This document shows, one piece after another, positions 25,991-37,190 of a stretch of DNA of 48,428 nucleotides (its first letter is position 1; the number at the start of each line of letters is the position of its first letter). The translations under genes and the position numbers were made by a program. The notes below the pieces were generated by a model, which was not told the DNA's origin, searched no databases, and saw only the letters and a program-made list of their open reading frames with translations. The DNA is from Octopus bimaculoides (taxonomy: Eukaryota): NCBI RefSeq assembly GCF_001194135.2, contig NC_068983.1:84962833-85011260 (forward strand), in the 5' to 3' direction.

Positions 25991-26559
25991 GAGAATATCT
26001 ATGGTGATCTGATGCAAAATTTATAGTTCTTGAAATAGATTTATCTATAGATTTTCACTGTGTTTATTGTTGTAGGTGCACTGAGTTTTGTAACAACAGA
26101 TTTGTACAAAAATGTTGGAATTCTGGGGGTGGGGAGCGGTCAAGTAAGCAAACTGACTCGCATCGTCCAAATCCAATCGAATTCTAGTACAGTGAAGACT
26201 TGTAAAACATTCCAAAGATCCTCCATTTGAGTACCTTAGAATGAAAATATGCACATAAACACAGTACACGCGTACCTAATAAAAATTAATCGTACCTTCA
26301 TGTACTAAAGAGGCATGTACTCCTTTATATGAGTACGAGTGTCCATCAGCTGGCACCCACACATTCGCTAGATAGGAAAGAGGATTTACTCAGTAAATTA
26401 ACCACCAGTTAATTAAGATAATATACCTTTTGACATATTAAATGCTTCATTTTGGATGTGGAAGCTTTCTTACGTGCAAATACTTGAATACATACATGCA
26501 AACATACATACATACATACATACATACATACATACATACATACATGCATACGTACGTAC

Positions 26560-26655
26560 ATAATGCAAAACTTTTCTCTAGTTTAAAGTGTGACGTTGGT
26601 TTCCTTATCTACATTCCAATGATGTAGCTTTGTATCGTTATTAGAAACCAACTCC
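26560..26655 (+). mobile_element. 3' UTR fragment of R4-like family B preceded by (CATA)n
   Basis: GCAAAACTTTTCTCTAGTTTAAAGTGTGA..CTTATCTACATTCC..TTAGAAACC matches 21590-21675 and 7262-7335. Confidence 0.6.
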
Positions 26656-26799
26656 ATGTATATATTAATGCATGCATATATACATGGTGGCTGTCAACTC
26701 GTAAACGAGTATGAATATCACTGACAAATTATCTTACGGTAGATGTTAAATACGATGGCTGTTAGCAATGTCAGTGTTGAAATTTAAAGTTAGTTACAG

Positions 26800-26887
26800 C
26801 TTGCATAACACCGCTAAGAATCTCACCTACAAAGCCAAATAGTCCAGAAATAAGCAAGAGCGAGGACTCCAGCAAGGAATCTAGAAG
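26800..26887 (+). CDS. Candidate host-gene exon (phase 1 to phase 2)
   Basis: Acceptor TTACAG, consensus donor AAG|GTGAGT. The single open frame is CITPLRISPTKPNSPEISKSEDSSKESR. It splices in frame over a 137-nt intron into 27025. Confidence 0.6.
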
Positions 26888-27024
26888 GTGAGTGTTATTC
26901 GGAAATTCTTTCTCCAAGAGAGAATTCTAAACAAAATCTAGGGGTGTCTCACACCCAGCTATTCGGTGACCGTTGACTTTGAGTTTAACTGTCCTTTGAC
27001 AGGTTTTGTTTTTTCGTCCCACAG

Positions 27025-27100
27025 GATGTCCAAGCAGGATGTATCAAGCAAGTTTGGGAGTGTTGCCGGTTTAGTCACTGACGACCCGATGATGCAACAG
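27025..27100 (+). CDS. Candidate host-gene exon (3' boundary uncertain: 27068 or 27100, or stop at 27145)
   Basis: Strong acceptor TTTTGTTTTTTCGTCCCACAG. The frame continues from the previous exon as (R)MSKQDVSSKFGSVAGLVTDDPMMQQ. Confidence 0.55.
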
Positions 27101-27198
27101 GTTGTACTGAGATGCATGTTATCACTAGCACTAAGAGAGGCTTGACATAAACATACATTCATTCATTCATAGATATATGCGCGTATACGCATACATAA

Positions 27199-27234
<36 letters not shown>

Positions 27235-27715
27235 NNNNNNNNNNNNNNNNNNNNNNNNNNNNNNNNNNNNNNNNNNNNNNNNNNNNNNNNNNNNNNNNNN
27301 NNNNNNNNNNNNNNNNNNNNNNNNNNNNNNNNNNNNNNNNNNNNNNNNNNNNNNNNNNNNNNNNNNNNNNNNNNNNNNNNNNNNNNNNNNNNNNNNNNNN
27401 NNNNNNNNNNNNNNNNNNNNNNNNNNNNNNNNNNNNNNNNNNNNNNNNNNNNNNNNNNNNNNNNNNNNNNNNNNNNNNNNNNNNNNNNNNNNNNNNNNNN
27501 NNNNNNNNNNNNNNNNNNNNNNNNNNNNNNNNNNNNNNNNNNNNNNNNNNNNNNNNNNNNNNNNNNNNNNNNNNNNNNNNNNNNNNNNNNNNNNNNNNNN
27601 NNNNNNNNNNNNNNNNNNNNNNNNNNNNNNNNNNNNNNNNNNNNNNNNNNNNNNNNNNNNNNNNNNNNNNNNNNNNNNNNNNNNNNNNNNNNNNNNNNNN
27701 NNNNNNNNNNNNNNN

Positions 27716-27870
27716 NGTACGTGGTACATGCAAAATATTAGCACACGCTCAGACAAGGAAAGAAAGGTAGTTTTACGTTTCGAGCAAAGCTCTTCTGAAA
27801 CAGGAGACAGAGGAAAGTCCAAAAGAAAAGGAAGACGAAGGAAAAAAAATCTTATGTATAAATGTAAGAT
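27716..27870 (-). mobile_element. Probable PLE terminal repeat (family H3) with degenerate hammerhead-like motif at 27770-27801
   Basis: Reverse complement GTTT-CAGAA-GAGC(TTT)GCTC-GAAAC-GTA-AAAC in a pyrimidine-rich context, same layout as family H2. The core is shortened. Confidence 0.45.
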
Positions 27871-28067
27871 CCAGGGATTGAAGAGTAAGAAGAAAGTTAG
27901 CTTCCAGTAATCTGAAGTAAATATATAAAAAACGACTTTCAGAGACAATAGTGGTTTATTGAGACGGAGGGTTGTGGGTTTTTTTCGTATCGAAGAACGA
28001 TAAGCTGAAAAAAGTTCTTCTTACATTCCAAGGTAGGCGACCGGGGTTGCAGGTTGAGCGAATAAGA

Positions 28068-28209
28068 ATACGAGAGTTACGGAATGCAGTAGGTAAGATC
28101 CGGATTACATATGTTTTAATCGGTTGGATTTTCACTACTTATGAGGTTCCGCCCGCTATGAAATATATGTAGCCCTGATCTTACTTACTCCATTCTGTAA
28201 CTCTTGTAT
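28068..28209. repeat. 49-bp imperfect inverted repeat, 44-nt spacer
   Basis: 28068-28116 vs the reverse complement of 28161-28209: 8 mismatches in 49. Confidence 0.9.
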
Positions 28210-28384
28210 ATATATCAGATCTTGTTGGAACTGACTTTCGCTTATACTTTACCGGGAATTGGTAAAGTAAATACCAATGACATACCAAATTCAATAGAAT
28301 AATTTGACCTTGTTGTCCCAGTGTGAAACCACTACGAGCATACAGTGCTTAATCGTTTTAAGTATGTTTCTATGGGTATGCATG

Positions 28385-28446
<62 letters not shown>

Positions 28447-29108
28447 CGTGTTTTTGTGCACACGTGTGTGTGTGTGTGTTCCAGTACGCATGTGCGTGTG
28501 TCTTCGTGTGTGTATCTGAGCGAGTGTGGGCTCAACGAAAATTTTTTGTAACATAAGTCCCTAGTAGGGGGAAAAACCACTGGCAGAAAAATGTGACATA
28601 CCATAATACATAAAATATGAGTTTATAACCTCATAGAGTATTCCAGTGATTNNNNNNNNNNNNNNNNNNNNNNNNNNNNNNNNNNNNNNNNNNNNNNNNN
28701 NNNNNNNNNNNNNNNNNNNNNNNNNNNNNNNNNNNNNNNNNNNNNNNNNNNNNNNNNNNNNNNNNNNNNNNNNNNNNNNNNNNNNNNNNNNNNNNNNNNN
28801 NNNNNNNNNNNNNNNNNNNNNNNNNNNNNNNNNNNNNNNNNNNNNNNNNNNNNNNNNNNNNNNNNNNNNNNNNNNNNNNNNNNNNNNNNNNNNNNNNNNN
28901 NNNNNNNNNNNNNNNNNNNNNNNNNNNNNNNNNNNNNNNNNNNNNNNNNNNNNNNNNNNNNNNNNNNNNNNNNNNNNNNNNNNNNNNNNNNNAAACTCTC
29001 GAATATAAAGACTTCAGAGAAGACAAGCATGACAAAGAAAGCACTTGGTACTGAAAATAGAATGACAAAATATATTTAAACTGAAATTTCAAATGTTAGT
29101 ACTCAGAG

Positions 29109-29150
<42 letters not shown>

Positions 29151-29596
29151 CAGACAGACAGACAGGCAGACAGACAGACAGGCAGACAGACAGACAGGCA
29201 GACAGACACTTACTCTTGACTTATAATGAAATCGAAATATCAAATATAAAAAGAATCAAACATTTAAATCGTGTCGCCGACCTTCTGGTTTGTTCCATGT
29301 AAGGATACTTACGCCATAATGGCTCAGTTTAGCTCACTATAAGCTACTATTATAAAGACTTGAGCATCTTACAGCAGTTTTCTGTAACTCTGTATGACAC
29401 CTGTCTACAGCTACGTCGCCGAACCCAGTTAGAGAGGTGTCCTTACAATGTCAAATGTGCAACATATGCGAAAAGTAAAACGTCTCCTTGCACAATACAT
29501 ACGGGAAGTAAAATAGTTTCACTAGAGGTTCAAAACTAAATTGCTTGCTCGTCTTACTTAAATATTATTCTTAATCTGTTATTTTTTTTCTTGCAG

Positions 29597-29617
29597 AACC
29601 AGTTAGAACCCCAGAAC
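29597..29617 (+). CDS. Candidate 21-nt symmetric microexon
   Basis: CTTAAT branch-like motif, then TTTTTTTTCTTGCAG|AACCAGTTAGAACCCCAGAAC|GTAAGT. Open in phase 0 (NQLEPQN) and phase 1 (xPVRTPE). Confidence 0.6.
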
Positions 29618-32600
29618 GTAAGTAATATTTAATTTATCGTTGCAGTATGAAATAAGTTCAGATCTCAATAGGGAACAGTTTAAAGTCTTAACTGTTAGAT
29701 AACAACCTACACCATCGGTTACACTGTAACTTACAGTTAAAAAAGAAAAACATCTCCATAGTGAACCCTCGTTCAATCTGAAATATTTGATTCGAGTTCC
29801 TCTGTTCACAAGGATGAACTTATCTGAAGAAAGAAATAACCATAGCCAAGTGACTCAGTTAATCTTCAACGTGGTGGAGTTCAACAATGAAATGGTGGAA
29901 CTCTCTTGAATGCTAGAAATTTTAAGGGTAAATTTTAAAATTTTGATTTATTTACATCGACCGATTACCATGTGTCATTTAGTGTAACCGTTTTAAGAAC
30001 ATCGTTGAAAATAGATGACAATTGCTGTCTTCGTAAACTGTTCTCCAGATCAATGAGGTATCCTGACTGTGGTCGCTCGATATGCTAAAAATAGCAACCA
30101 GGTTTATTCAAATCACATCTTACAGTCATAAAAAAGGAAGAACGCATTGAAAATGTAATCTAAGATAAACTATGCTTTAAAAAATTAGATTACCACAGAT
30201 GGAACGCCATTGATTGCTGTTTGTCCCAGGTCACATCTGATTGAACAGACAAGAAGTGACTTGGAGCTCAACACCATTGTCCAGACAAACTTTTCTTCTT
30301 CGAGCTTCTATCCCCAGCGACCAAAATAGTTGAATACCTTCTTTCTATGAAAAGTCACGATTTTGCTGCTTCCTCTGAGATCTAAATTGATATAGAAAAC
30401 TAATGAATATTTCCTACTGCACTATCTTTCTTTACTCTATCCCACCAGCAAATGGAGTTTAATAGATGAGATTCACTTGTGATCTCTGATGAGGCTTTAG
30501 AGAAAATTATAAAAGCCACGCTCTTCAAATGCTTTCAGTAAAATCGTTAAAGAAAACTTATTTTTCTAAACACTGTTTGAAGCTCTCATGCTAAGGATAC
30601 AAATGAAACTTATTCCCTTGATCACAGTCTTGTTAGATGTCTGCTTTATATTCGTTGAATTCGAAAATGTTTTATAAAATCACAATCCGAAAATAACGTT
30701 TTCATCATCAGACCAACGTCATCGTTTTCATTAATTATCCCTTTCACCAAAACTAAATTGAACAGTTTTAATTATATTCTTCTAATTTTTCTCTACAAGT
30801 TCATTACTCCAGTGTTGGTGAGAGCTAATGATCTTAATACAATGTCTAATCAGATAAAGAAGAACAGAGAGTGACAGATGTTTCAACATTGATAGAAACC
30901 TTTGAGTAATTGTTAATAATTATTTCCATCCATTTTGACTGTCGAAACTTTCCGAGCCCACATTCGTTCAACCAGGCAAAATATATTTTTCCCGTGGTAC
31001 ATTCAAATTCGCTCTTTCAACAACTTCTAAAACACAAAATGTTACGTAGATTCATTATACCACAATTCCTGTCACACTAACAAAAACGTATGTATAAAAG
31101 CATCGAATTTATCAAACTAATAACAAAATATAATATACCTACTGATAAAGAAAACCATAAGACATAAGGATATAATACAATTCTATATCTGATAGATGAG
31201 GAATTATGTACATTATTTACAGTATTTACATTTGACGGATATTTGTCTGAAAAATTGGCAAGTCTCATAAGTGATGGTAGCTACAGCAAAGTAAAGAAAG
31301 AGGAAGTTTCACAGATCTTGAACAAGAACAAGGATTACTTTATACCAATGAAGTACAGACAACTGACTCGACACTGCAGTAAGCTACCACACATGTACAT
31401 AGTGAGCTGTAGAGGTTCAACATGTCATCTACAGAGCTGCTTCCTTGTGGATATAATCAGTCGATTAGCAGGAAAGTTAACATCGTAAGTGAAGAATTCC
31501 ATCCACTTCACAGAATTGATCAAGGATACCCCCATTGGCTCCAATCAGATGGTGAGTCTAGATGTGATAAGTCTGTTCACCAAAGTCCCAACTGGTGAAG
31601 CACTATCAATGATTCAAGAAAAACTGGTGAAAGACACCTGTCTAAAAGAACGCACCAGTATACTAATAGGAAACTTGATGGAAATGTTGACATTCTGTGT
31701 AGAAACTACCTACTTCACTGATATATATCGACAGGTTTAGCTATGGGTTCGCCATTATCACCGATAATAGCCAATATATACATGGAATACTTTGAGAATT
31801 TGGCTTTAGGATCAACACCACTAAAACCAACCCTATGGCTGTGATATGTTGATGACACCTTTATACTCTGGCCCCACCAGGAAGATGTCCAAGTACTGTT
31901 AGATCATGTGAACACAATAAAGCCATCCATACAGTTCACAATGAAAAAGGAAAAAGACAATCAGCTAGCATTTCTGGATGTAGTAATAACACGAACCAAG
32001 CATGGATCTAGGACATCCGTATACAGCAAGCCAACCTTCTCTGGACGCTACCTCAACTTCAATTCTCAGTGTAAATAGAGGAATTGCTAAGTGCCTAAAA
32101 CATCGAGTTATGAATATAAGTAGCGATCCTGATACACATCACGAAGAAATGATCAAGCTAAGTAACAATCTGTTAAGCAACAACTACCCTAAAAGCATAC
32201 TATCCACTCCAATTATGAAGATAAGAGAGGATGAAACCCATAAACTGACCACAGTCTGTCTACTCTATGTGAAAGGCCTCTCCGAAAAGATACAAAAGAT
32301 ATGCAGCTCCTATGACATCAGGACAGTATTCAAGAGTAATACAACACTTCGCAAATATCTCCTTCGAGCAAAACCACCAATAGAAGAGAATATGACCAAA
32401 GGCTGAGTGTACTCCATCCCATGCAACAGTGGTAAGTTATACAAAGGCGAAACATGCCGCCTTCTTAAAATAAGGGTAGAGGAACATCGCAAAGCTGTGA
32501 CACGAGGAGATATTGATAAATCGGGTATAGCTGATCATGTATGGAAAAACAGAGACCACCTCCTCCTGTGGGATGAAGTTAAAATAATAGACAGAGAACA

Positions 32601-32764
32601 CCAATGGAAAATACGAAAACTAAAAGAAGCAGCACATATGCAAGGACACAATAACCTCCTAAGCAGACCTAGTGTAGATACGAGTAGTATATGGGAACCG
32701 GTATTAAGGAAGGATAGGAAAATATTAGATTTGTAAGCCCTAAAATTCAGTTCATAATTTCCCA

Positions 32765-32840
32765 CGGGCATATGGCGTAGTGGTTTAGAGCGCGGGCTAC
32801 TAACCCCAAGATTCCGAGTTCGATTCCAAGCAGTGACTTG
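32765..32840 (+). other. tRNA-derived segment with Pol III A and B boxes inside the PLE 3' region
   Basis: A box TGGCGTAGTGG (32772-32782), B box GTTCGATTC (32818-32826), and a partial D-arm and anticodon-like arm (CT-ACT-AA). The acceptor and T stems are imperfect, so it is not a functional tRNA. Confidence 0.7.
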
Positions 32841-32907
32841 AATAATAATAGTAATAACATCGGAAAAATACCTTAGGAATGAGAACCCAGGTTCGAAAAT
32901 CCCCCAG

Positions 32908-32953
32908 GACACCTGATGAAGGCTGGAGAGTACATCAGCCGAAACGTTGTGTT
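32908..32953 (+). ncRNA. Minimal type I hammerhead ribozyme in the PLE pLTR
   Basis: GACAC-CTGATGA-A-GGCTG(10 nt)CAGCC-GAAAC-GTT-GTGTT: canonical core, 5-bp stem II, stem I, palindromic AACGTT in place of stem III. Confidence 0.8.
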
Positions 32954-34587
32954 AACATCAAAGAAGATGAGGACAAATATCCGTCAAATGTAAATAATGT
33001 ATAAGGATATAATATAATCTCTAAATATACACTTAAAATTTAAGAAATAAAAATCGTTGCACCATTTAAACTAATAATAATAATTTTATTAAAGATGCAT
33101 CTCACATGCCTCTGTAAATCACTCAAAGTTTTTTCTATCAAATACATAGCTTAGCAGAGCTCATTTCTTTCTAAGTGACGTGGGATTAGAGAGGAAAGTA
33201 AATGAAACAGTATAAAAATCATTTCCTTTTCACTCCTTATGAATAATTGTTTCGTTCATTTTAACTGTCAGAATTCAATTTCTAAATAATTGAATTCTTA
33301 ATTAATTTGGATTTCAGAGTTGTCTGCCAAGCCTTTCTCGATTAGAATTATGCAGTAAAGCTTATGATATTCCTCTTTTATTTGGGTGTTGTTTTATTTG
33401 ATTAAACACTCTTTACCTCGCTACATTAAAATATGTTAACTCTCGGAAAACTATTAATAAAGCAGCTCAGATTTATCTGAAGAAAAATCATGTTTCATAT
33501 TAACCACCGAGAATAAAGTATCAGGTAGATGTGAAATAGTCAGTTCATAAGATGGAGATAAATTCTCAACGAGTCGTATTCTTAATTTAGGTTTATAATA
33601 TATCTGAAAAATAAATTATTTCATAGGGAGCCAATGAAGTAGCAATAATGAAAAACGAAAAGAAAAAAGAGAAAGAGAGGTAGGGTACAGAAGAAATAAT
33701 TGAAATGGATTACAACTCGTTCTGATTTCAAATCCAACAGAGGTCAACAATATTTCTCCACTTACTTGTGGGGTGGATAGAATATGGAGAAGTCAAATAT
33801 ATCCACTGTAGGCCTCCTCCGTCCGCGACAAATATCCTTTATGTTATTCATCCTAAACTTTATTTTCGGTTGATGCTAGTTCATTTAAATCACTAATTTC
33901 CTTGAGATAACTATGACTATAAACAAACCAATGACTAGGTCAGTACACGATCATTCAACCCTTTATGACTTCGTCAGGAAAAGCGTAGCACTTATGGCTC
34001 TTTTTAGGGTGTCGAGGCTAGTGGGGGGACGTTATCCTCAAACCGGATAATTGGCTCGAATAGCACTTAAGGGCTGCGTAGTGACGTCAAATTCAGCAAC
34101 GAATCAAGTCTACCACCTAAGAACAGAGACAGTCCCTCTGTCGGGCCTCCACACAGCTTTCGCCTACTAAATTTCATTCACAGGCTTTGGCCGACCACAA
34201 CTCATGTTAGAGGCGTTTATCATTACATGACTTTCGTCAGTTCATATACTATCGCCTAAAAACTTTCTACCGACAATTTACGTGTCATATGTCTACTTTA
34301 TCAGTGTTCATCTGGAGTAGATAATAAAAAAAGTACCCTATTTCCGCTTCCTTAATCTATATAAAGCTTTGTGTGTAATAAAAGATATCAATAATTTGTG
34401 ACTGACAAATTTATTAAAAAACAAATTTACTAAAAAAAGCCCTTCTAACTGCTAAATTTTCCTCTACAATATATAAAAAAATAGGTAAGGTCACATTGGA
34501 TAATTTAGTCAGATATACACTTAAAGAAACAGGGTGGTCACGGCCGGAATGTCATTAATCAGGTCTGGTAAAACTATTTAGGTAATG

Positions 34588-34727
34588 CATTATTTACATT
34601 ATTTACGTTTGACGGATATTTGTCCTCATCTTGTTTGTTGTTAACATAACGTTCCGGCTGATATACCCTCTAGCCTTCATCAGGTGTCTTGGGGAAATTT
34701 CGAACCTGGGTTTTCATTCCTAAGGAA
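34588..34727 (-). mobile_element. Solo pLTR of the 31191-33000 PLE family, hammerhead with GAAA to GGAA change
   Basis: Reverse complement aligns to 32870-33000. Confidence 0.85.
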
Positions 34728-34962
34728 TGTAAGGAAAGCTTGATTTGTTGGACATTGAAAAATATCGCTTGATTTGTTGGACACAAGAGCCAAATCTCCC
34801 TCAAATTTCATCCTTTCAGTCTTGTAAAAGAAAGTGACGAGCCCAACACATTGAGTATCCTAGACACAGGAGTGGGAACTAAAAGAAAACGGATGGTAGG
34901 GACGGTCATAGCTGAGATGTCTTTTGATCATGGATCCGAGGGCCAACGATTTGGTATGTATG

Positions 34963-34993
<31 letters not shown>

Positions 34994-36124
34994 NNNNNNN
35001 NNNNNNNNNNNNNNNNNNNNNNNNNNNNNNNNNNNNNNNNNNNNNNNNNNNNNNNNNNNNNNNNNNNNNNNNNNNNNNNNNNNNNNNNNNNNNNNNNNNN
35101 NNNNNNNNNNNNNNNNNNNNNNNNNNNNNNNNNNNNNNNNNNNNNNNNNNNNNNNNNNNNNNNNNNNNNNNNNNNNNNNNNNNNNNNNNNNNNNNNNNNN
35201 NNNNNNNNNNNNNNNNNNNNNNNNNNNNNNNNNNNNNNNNNNNNNNNNNNNNNNNNNNNNNNNNNNNNNNNNNNNNNNNNNNNNNNNNNNNNNNNNNNNN
35301 NNNNNNNNNNNNNNNNNNNNNNNNNNNNNNNNNNNNNNNNNNNNNNNNNNNNNNNNNNNNNNNNNNNNNNNNNNNNNNNNNNNNNNNNNNNNNNNNNNNN
35401 NNNNNNNNNNNNNNNNNNNNNNNNNNNNNNNNNNNNNNNNNNNNNNNNNNNNNNNNNNNNNNNNNNNNNNNNNNNNNNNNNNNNNNNNNNNNNNNNNNNN
35501 NNNNNNNNNNNNNNNNNNNNNNNNNNNNNNNNNNNNNNNNNNNNNNNNNNNNNNNNNNNNNNNNNNNNNNNNNNNNNNNNNNNNNNNNNNNNNNNNNNNN
35601 NNNNNNNNNNNNNNNNNNNNNNNNNNNNNNNNNNNNNNNNNNNNNNNNNNNNNNNNNNNNNNNNNNNNNNNNNNNNNNNNNNNNNNNNNNNNNNNNNNNN
35701 NNNNNNNNNNNNNNNNNNNNNNNNNNNNNNNNNNNNNNNNNNNNNNNNNNNNNNNNNNNNNNNNNNNNNNNNNNNNNNNNNTATATGGTCAATTGACCAG
35801 CTAAAACCAGCAGCCAAATCTCCCTCAATTTACGCCTTGAAATCTAGAAAACTGAGGAATATATTAGACTATGTAGTGATAAACAAACAACAAATGGGAG
35901 ATTGTAATTAGAATGTCATTCCTCACAAGGATGACACGAAGCTAAACAACAGCAGCAGTAACAACAATAACAACACCAAACAAATGCATTGGTACTATGA
36001 AGTTGTTAGGATTGAGAATGTTGGTTGAAATTGCAATTCTTTTAATTAATAACTCATTCTAATTAATCTCTGATGACAGTAATTAGTTCTGATAATCCCA
36101 ATTAAGGCACCACTGTATTTGAGC

Positions 36125-36830
36125 AACATTTAAATCGCATTCATGTTGCGCATGCTGCTTTCAGGAAATTGTGGAAACGAGTATTTCGTTGTGACACGCA
36201 CTAAATTGATAGCTTATAAGGCGGTGGTTCTTACAACCCTCCTCTATAATGTGAATAATGGTGTTGATTAGGTTTTGACCACCATGTGTAATAGCCAAAT
36301 TGGAGGTCCTTTTCTTTAACGCTTTTGTTTCCATATTTTTGTTGAAATACACCGCCTTTGTTTCATATAATTTGGGAAATAATGAGGAATTTAGTGTAAC
36401 TTTACTGGTGTTAAGCAGTTTGGGGACAAAGATTAACAAAACTGTAATAGATTTTAGTTACGATCATTTTTAAACAGAGAGTTTGTGTCATAGGACCAGG
36501 AGAGTATCAGGCGGGTATAGCAAACACGTATATAAGTGGCCGCTTTATGCGTTTCGCACACTTCGCATATCCCACGCTACACCATTGGAGGTGAATTCCA
36601 GAAGCTCTATCGTAAAGACATAAGAAACGCTAGAAACGCTTCCACCAGACAAAGCTGCGAACCACCTTGTGATTACTTTAGTAAAACAAAATTACGAAGA
36701 GAGAAACTCTTAATCGGACCAGTCACGGCAGCATTGAAGTCAAAATGTCACATCATCAATTATATGGATTAGCCACAAACAAAAAAAATATGGACCATTG
36801 ACAACCGGTGATACTCAGTGTAACGGATCC
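36125..36830 (+). mobile_element. Decayed RTE-clade LINE C-terminal relic
   Basis: RIHVAHAAFRKLWKRVFR..KLIAYKAVVLTTLLY resembles the RTE thumb region. The downstream part is weakly conserved. Confidence 0.55.
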
Positions 36831-36893
36831 GAAACAACTATGCAAGAATCGACTGGAGCGAATATTAAAAGATGTTACTATTGATGTTAACTA

Positions 36894-37190
36894 AGGCGAT
36901 GTAATCGACTTACCCTCACCCACCGAAGTTGCTGGTTTTGTGCCAAACTTTGAAATCAGTATTGATGTTAACTAAGGCAGTAAGCTAGTAGAATAGTTAT
37001 CACGCCAGGCGAAATGCTTAGCAACATTTCGTCCGTCTTCATGTTCTGAGGTAGAAATTCCACCGTGGTCGACGTTTCCTTTCGTTCTTTCGAGATCGAT
37101 AAAATAAGTACCAGTTGAACACTGAGGTCGATGTAATCGACTTACTCCCTTCCCCGAAATCGTTGGCCTTGTACCAAGATTTGAAATCAA
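36894..37190 (+). mobile_element. Two adjacent family M SINEs (66-bp internally deleted 36894-36959; full 36975-37190) separated and flanked by the same 15-mer
   Basis: TATTGATGTTAACTA at 36879-36893, 36960-36974 and 37191-37205. Confidence 0.85.

Larger units (their letters stand above)
31191..33000 (+). mobile_element. Penelope-like retroelement (Penelope/Poseidon type): RT + GIY-YIG endonuclease, 5'-truncated, frameshifted
   Basis: VSLDVISLFTKVP, LAMGSPLSPIIANIYMEYFE, YVDDTFILWPH, IQFTM.KEKDNQLAFLDV, VYSIPCNSGKLYKGETCRLLKIRVEEH, SGIADHVW, RKLKEA. The 3' pLTR carries a hammerhead. ATAAGGATATAATA is repeated at 31164-31177 and 33001-33014 (TSD-like). Confidence 0.93.
30060..35985 (+). repeat. 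Four decayed copies of one dispersed repeat (about 30060-30250, 34420-34570, 34786-34955, 35795-35985), last with (AAC)n-like tail
   Basis: Shared GCCAAATCTCCCTCAA (34789, 35812) plus similar CACATTG.ATAAT.TAGTC / GGTCA.GG..GGAATG blocks. Confidence 0.5.

Noticed and set aside
30049-30057. Possible 9-nt microexon ATCAATGAG
   Set aside because: The donor (GTATCC) is weak, it has a stop in the phase required by the neighbouring candidate exons, and it abuts a dispersed repeat.
32765-32840. Functional tRNA gene (anticodon ACT)
   Set aside because: The acceptor and T stems do not pair properly and there is no poly-T terminator. It is treated as a tRNA-derived segment. The same applies to SINE heads at 14380-14454 and elsewhere.
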